Assembly (NCBI GenBank): GCA_020049575.1
Contig: JAIFKM010000044.1
Span: forward strand, 20,722-84,721
Source of the DNA: Desulfobulbaceae bacterium
Lineage (GTDB): Bacteria; Desulfobacterota; Desulfobulbia; Desulfobulbales; Desulfocapsaceae
DNA length: 64,000 bases
Direction of reading: 5' to 3'
The translations under genes and the position numbers were made by a program. A model generated the notes under the pieces. That model was not told the origin of the DNA, did not search any database, and saw only the letters and a program-made list of their open reading frames with translations. This document shows, piece by piece, positions 62,064-64,000 of the stretch. Numbering within the stretch: the stretch's first letter is position 1; each line of letters opens with the position of its first letter.

Positions 62064-62543
62064 TTAGAATGCGGCGCTTTCCTTCTGCTCCCTGGCGATC
62101 ATCTGGAGTTCGCACTGTTCTTCGTACTGCTCATCACTGCGGATGATCTCCTTTTCCATGGCCTTGCATTCTTTCTTCAGGCTGTCTTTTTTCTTTTCTA
62201 ATTTGCTGTCTTTGTTTTCCTTCAGCTCTTTTTTGATTTTTTTCAACTCGTTCCACTTTGCACTGTAGACGTCGGTCAATTCCCGCCAGCGCTTTTCTTC
62301 CTTGGTGTCGTAGGCAACCACCCGAAGACGGTCGGCGTCGTAGGCTACATAGAGTTTGGTTTCGCAGAACTGGCATTTGCCTTTTTTGATGAAGCAGGTG
62401 TTGTTTTCATACTTGCCGTCGAAGGCCGTCCGGCTTGAGGCATCATAATCGATATTGTAGGATTTATCGCATACCGGGCAGTAAAAATAATAGGTTTCGA
62501 TGCCCCATACTTCTTCTTCACGCTTGGTGATATCTTCTTTCAT
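62064..62543 (-). CDS. Hypothetical Zn-ribbon (CPVC...CQFC) + Lys/Glu coiled-coil protein, paralog A
   Basis: 159 aa; AAGGAG RBS; colinear with the adjacent paralog. Confidence 0.8.
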   Translation of the reverse strand: MKEDITKREEEVWGIETYYFYCPVCDKSYNIDYDASSRTAFDGKYENNTCFIKKGKCQFCETKLYVAYDADRLRVVAYDTKEEKRWRELTDVYSAKWNELKKIKKELKENKDSKLEKKKDSLKKECKAMEKEIIRSDEQYEEQCELQMIAREQKESAAF

Positions 62544-62629
62544 TAACAACTCCTTGCTTGTTTCGTAGGGCTCGATTGCCCTGTTTGTTTTTGAGTGAAT
62601 TGGCAAATATTTTCCTGCGCAGGCGTCAC

Positions 62630-63109
62630 TCAGAAGGTTACGCTTTCTTCCTGCCGTCTGGCGATCATCAGGCGGTCGCAGTCTTCCTCGTATTCCTCAT
62701 CCTTGGCGATGAGTTCCTGTTTCAGCTTGTCGAGTTTTCTCTTCAGTGTATCCTTTTTTTTCTTCAGTGCCTCAGTCGGTTCAGCCTTGTATTGCTGTTT
62801 GATTTTCTTCAGTTTCTGGCGCTTCTTCTCATAGGATGCCATGCATTTCAGCCAGCGATCTTCTTCCTTGCTGTCGTAGGCTGCTATGTGCAGTTTATCA
62901 GCGTCGTAGGCCACATACAACTTTGTCTCGCAGAAGGTGCATTTCCCTTCTTTGATGAAGCAGGTAAAATTATCATACTTGCCGTCAAAACTCTTCCTGC
63001 CGGAAGCGTCATACCTGATGCTATAGGGTTTATCGCAGACGGGACAGAAGAAGTAATAGGTCTCCGGACCCCATATTTCGCCTTCTCGCTCCGAGATGTC
63101 GCTGTTCAT
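62630..63109 (-). CDS. Hypothetical Zn-ribbon (CPVC...CTFC) + coiled-coil protein, paralog B
   Basis: 159 aa from ATG 63109 (GAGGAG RBS); the ORF-track extension to 63439 overlaps another gene and is unlikely. Confidence 0.8.
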   Translation of the reverse strand: MNSDISEREGEIWGPETYYFFCPVCDKPYSIRYDASGRKSFDGKYDNFTCFIKEGKCTFCETKLYVAYDADKLHIAAYDSKEEDRWLKCMASYEKKRQKLKKIKQQYKAEPTEALKKKKDTLKRKLDKLKQELIAKDEEYEEDCDRLMIARRQEESVTF

Positions 63110-63293
63110 TGATCGGCTCCTCTGGTTATGATTGAAGATCATCTGTTTCAGACTGTATTGTACCTGTAAACGACAGAATAGGCCAAATATCTTTGGAGTC
63201 AGGCGGGTGCGACAGCAGATAATCGGTTGGCATCTTTTCCGGGGAGTCCCTGTTGAGAAACGGGGGATGGCATATCTTCGCAGGAGAGCCCTG

Positions 63294-63611
63294 CTATTCT
63301 TTGTCCCGTGTGCCAGAAGTTCCGGCATCTTCATCGGCATGATGGCCTGCATTCTTCTCAGGCTTGTCATCCGGTTCGACGATCTCGTCTCTGTCATAGA
63401 GCAGCACTGCAGCCAGGAGCAGGAAGCCGATGGCGGCAAGCGGGGCCATCTTCGGCAGCATTGTGGCCAGAGGAACGAAAATAGGGGAAACGTCCGCCAG
63501 ATTCGGGGCCAGATGTTTCAGGACGAGATAACTGGCGATTGCCATGGTCACACTCAACCACCAGGGAATCCAGGCGAGTGCCGGGGAAAGTCGTTTGCCT
63601 GGTCTGTTCAT
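63294..63611 (-). CDS. Small two-TM hypothetical membrane protein
   Basis: IPWW...TM...TM with an acidic tail; start overlaps the HEAT gene stop (ATGA). Confidence 0.6.
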   Translation of the reverse strand: MNRPGKRLSPALAWIPWWLSVTMAIASYLVLKHLAPNLADVSPIFVPLATMLPKMAPLAAIGFLLLAAVLLYDRDEIVEPDDKPEKNAGHHADEDAGTSGTRDKE

Positions 63612-64000
63612 GGGTAATCTTCCAGGATCATTTCCACCATCTCCCGGACCTGCGGATTCGGATCGTCTCGCTTCTCCCGCACCAGTTCAATAGCCTGGTG
63701 GGTGCCGATAATACCGAGAAGACCAACCGCTTCGCCGCGCAGCAAGGGGGATTCATGCGTCAGAACACGGGCGATCGAGGGGATGGCCAGGGCCAGTCTT
63801 TCAGGCTGCAGACATTTGAGCTCCTCAAAAAGGACCGAAATCCCGAGGCGAACGCTAAACCGTTCATCGTCGAGAATCTCGCCGACCCAGTTGTAGTAAA
63901 GAGGCTCTCTGCGGAACATGGCGATAATGTTTTCGACATGACCCATTTCCAGGAAGTCCGCTATCACCTTTTTCAATTCACCGTCACTGACCTGATTCAT
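63608..64000 (-). CDS. HEAT-repeat (PBS lyase-like) protein
   Basis: LLRGEAVGLLGIIG and DDPNPQVRE motifs; ATG is the last codon of the window, so the true start may lie outside it. Confidence 0.75.
   Translation of the reverse strand: MNQVSDGELKKVIADFLEMGHVENIIAMFRREPLYYNWVGEILDDERFSVRLGISVLFEELKCLQPERLALAIPSIARVLTHESPLLRGEAVGLLGIIGTHQAIELVREKRDDPNPQVREMVEMILEDYP

Noticed and set aside
63110-63439. N-terminal extension of paralog B in the ORF track
   Set aside because: Overlaps the 63294-63611 gene; paralog alignment and RBS place the start at 63109.

Overview
64 kb of bacterial chromosome, most likely a sulfate-reducing deltaproteobacterium (Desulfobulbales/Desulfocapsaceae-like; inferred from protein types, not verified). 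1-15 kb is a mix of housekeeping and accessory genes: class II photolyase, GGDEF protein, two NUDIX genes, an operon pairing a non-canonical PEP-synthase-like dikinase with a dual-specificity phosphatase fusion, yciB, rhomboid, macrodomain, a hypothetical with a sigma28-type promoter, and a glyoxylate reductase. A tRNA-Ser(CGA) at 15166-15255 is followed by GTCCA arm-type repeats and an nhaR / HPF-like / terC / htpX / CNNM module. 20-30 kb is a patchwork of single genes. 30-58.5 kb is a large anaerobic fatty-acid beta-oxidation cluster: FadL, two CoA ligases, FadN/FadA, three acyl-CoA dehydrogenases, two FadH, ETF plus a membrane ETF:quinone oxidoreductase, SCP2, thioesterases and several uncharacterised accessory enzymes. 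A MerR/LiuR-type regulator sits inside it, and four matching operator sites can be read at the cluster promoters. The end carries an OM beta-barrel, a cache hybrid kinase, two tandem 159-aa zinc-ribbon/coiled-coil paralogs and a HEAT protein. No CRISPR array, rRNA, transposase or integrase was seen. The best candidates for an undescribed system are the dikinase + phosphatase operon, the MerR-operator regulon with its accessory genes, the sigma28-driven hypothetical, the NhaR module and the tandem Zn-ribbon pair. All calls come from motif recognition by eye; no searches were run.
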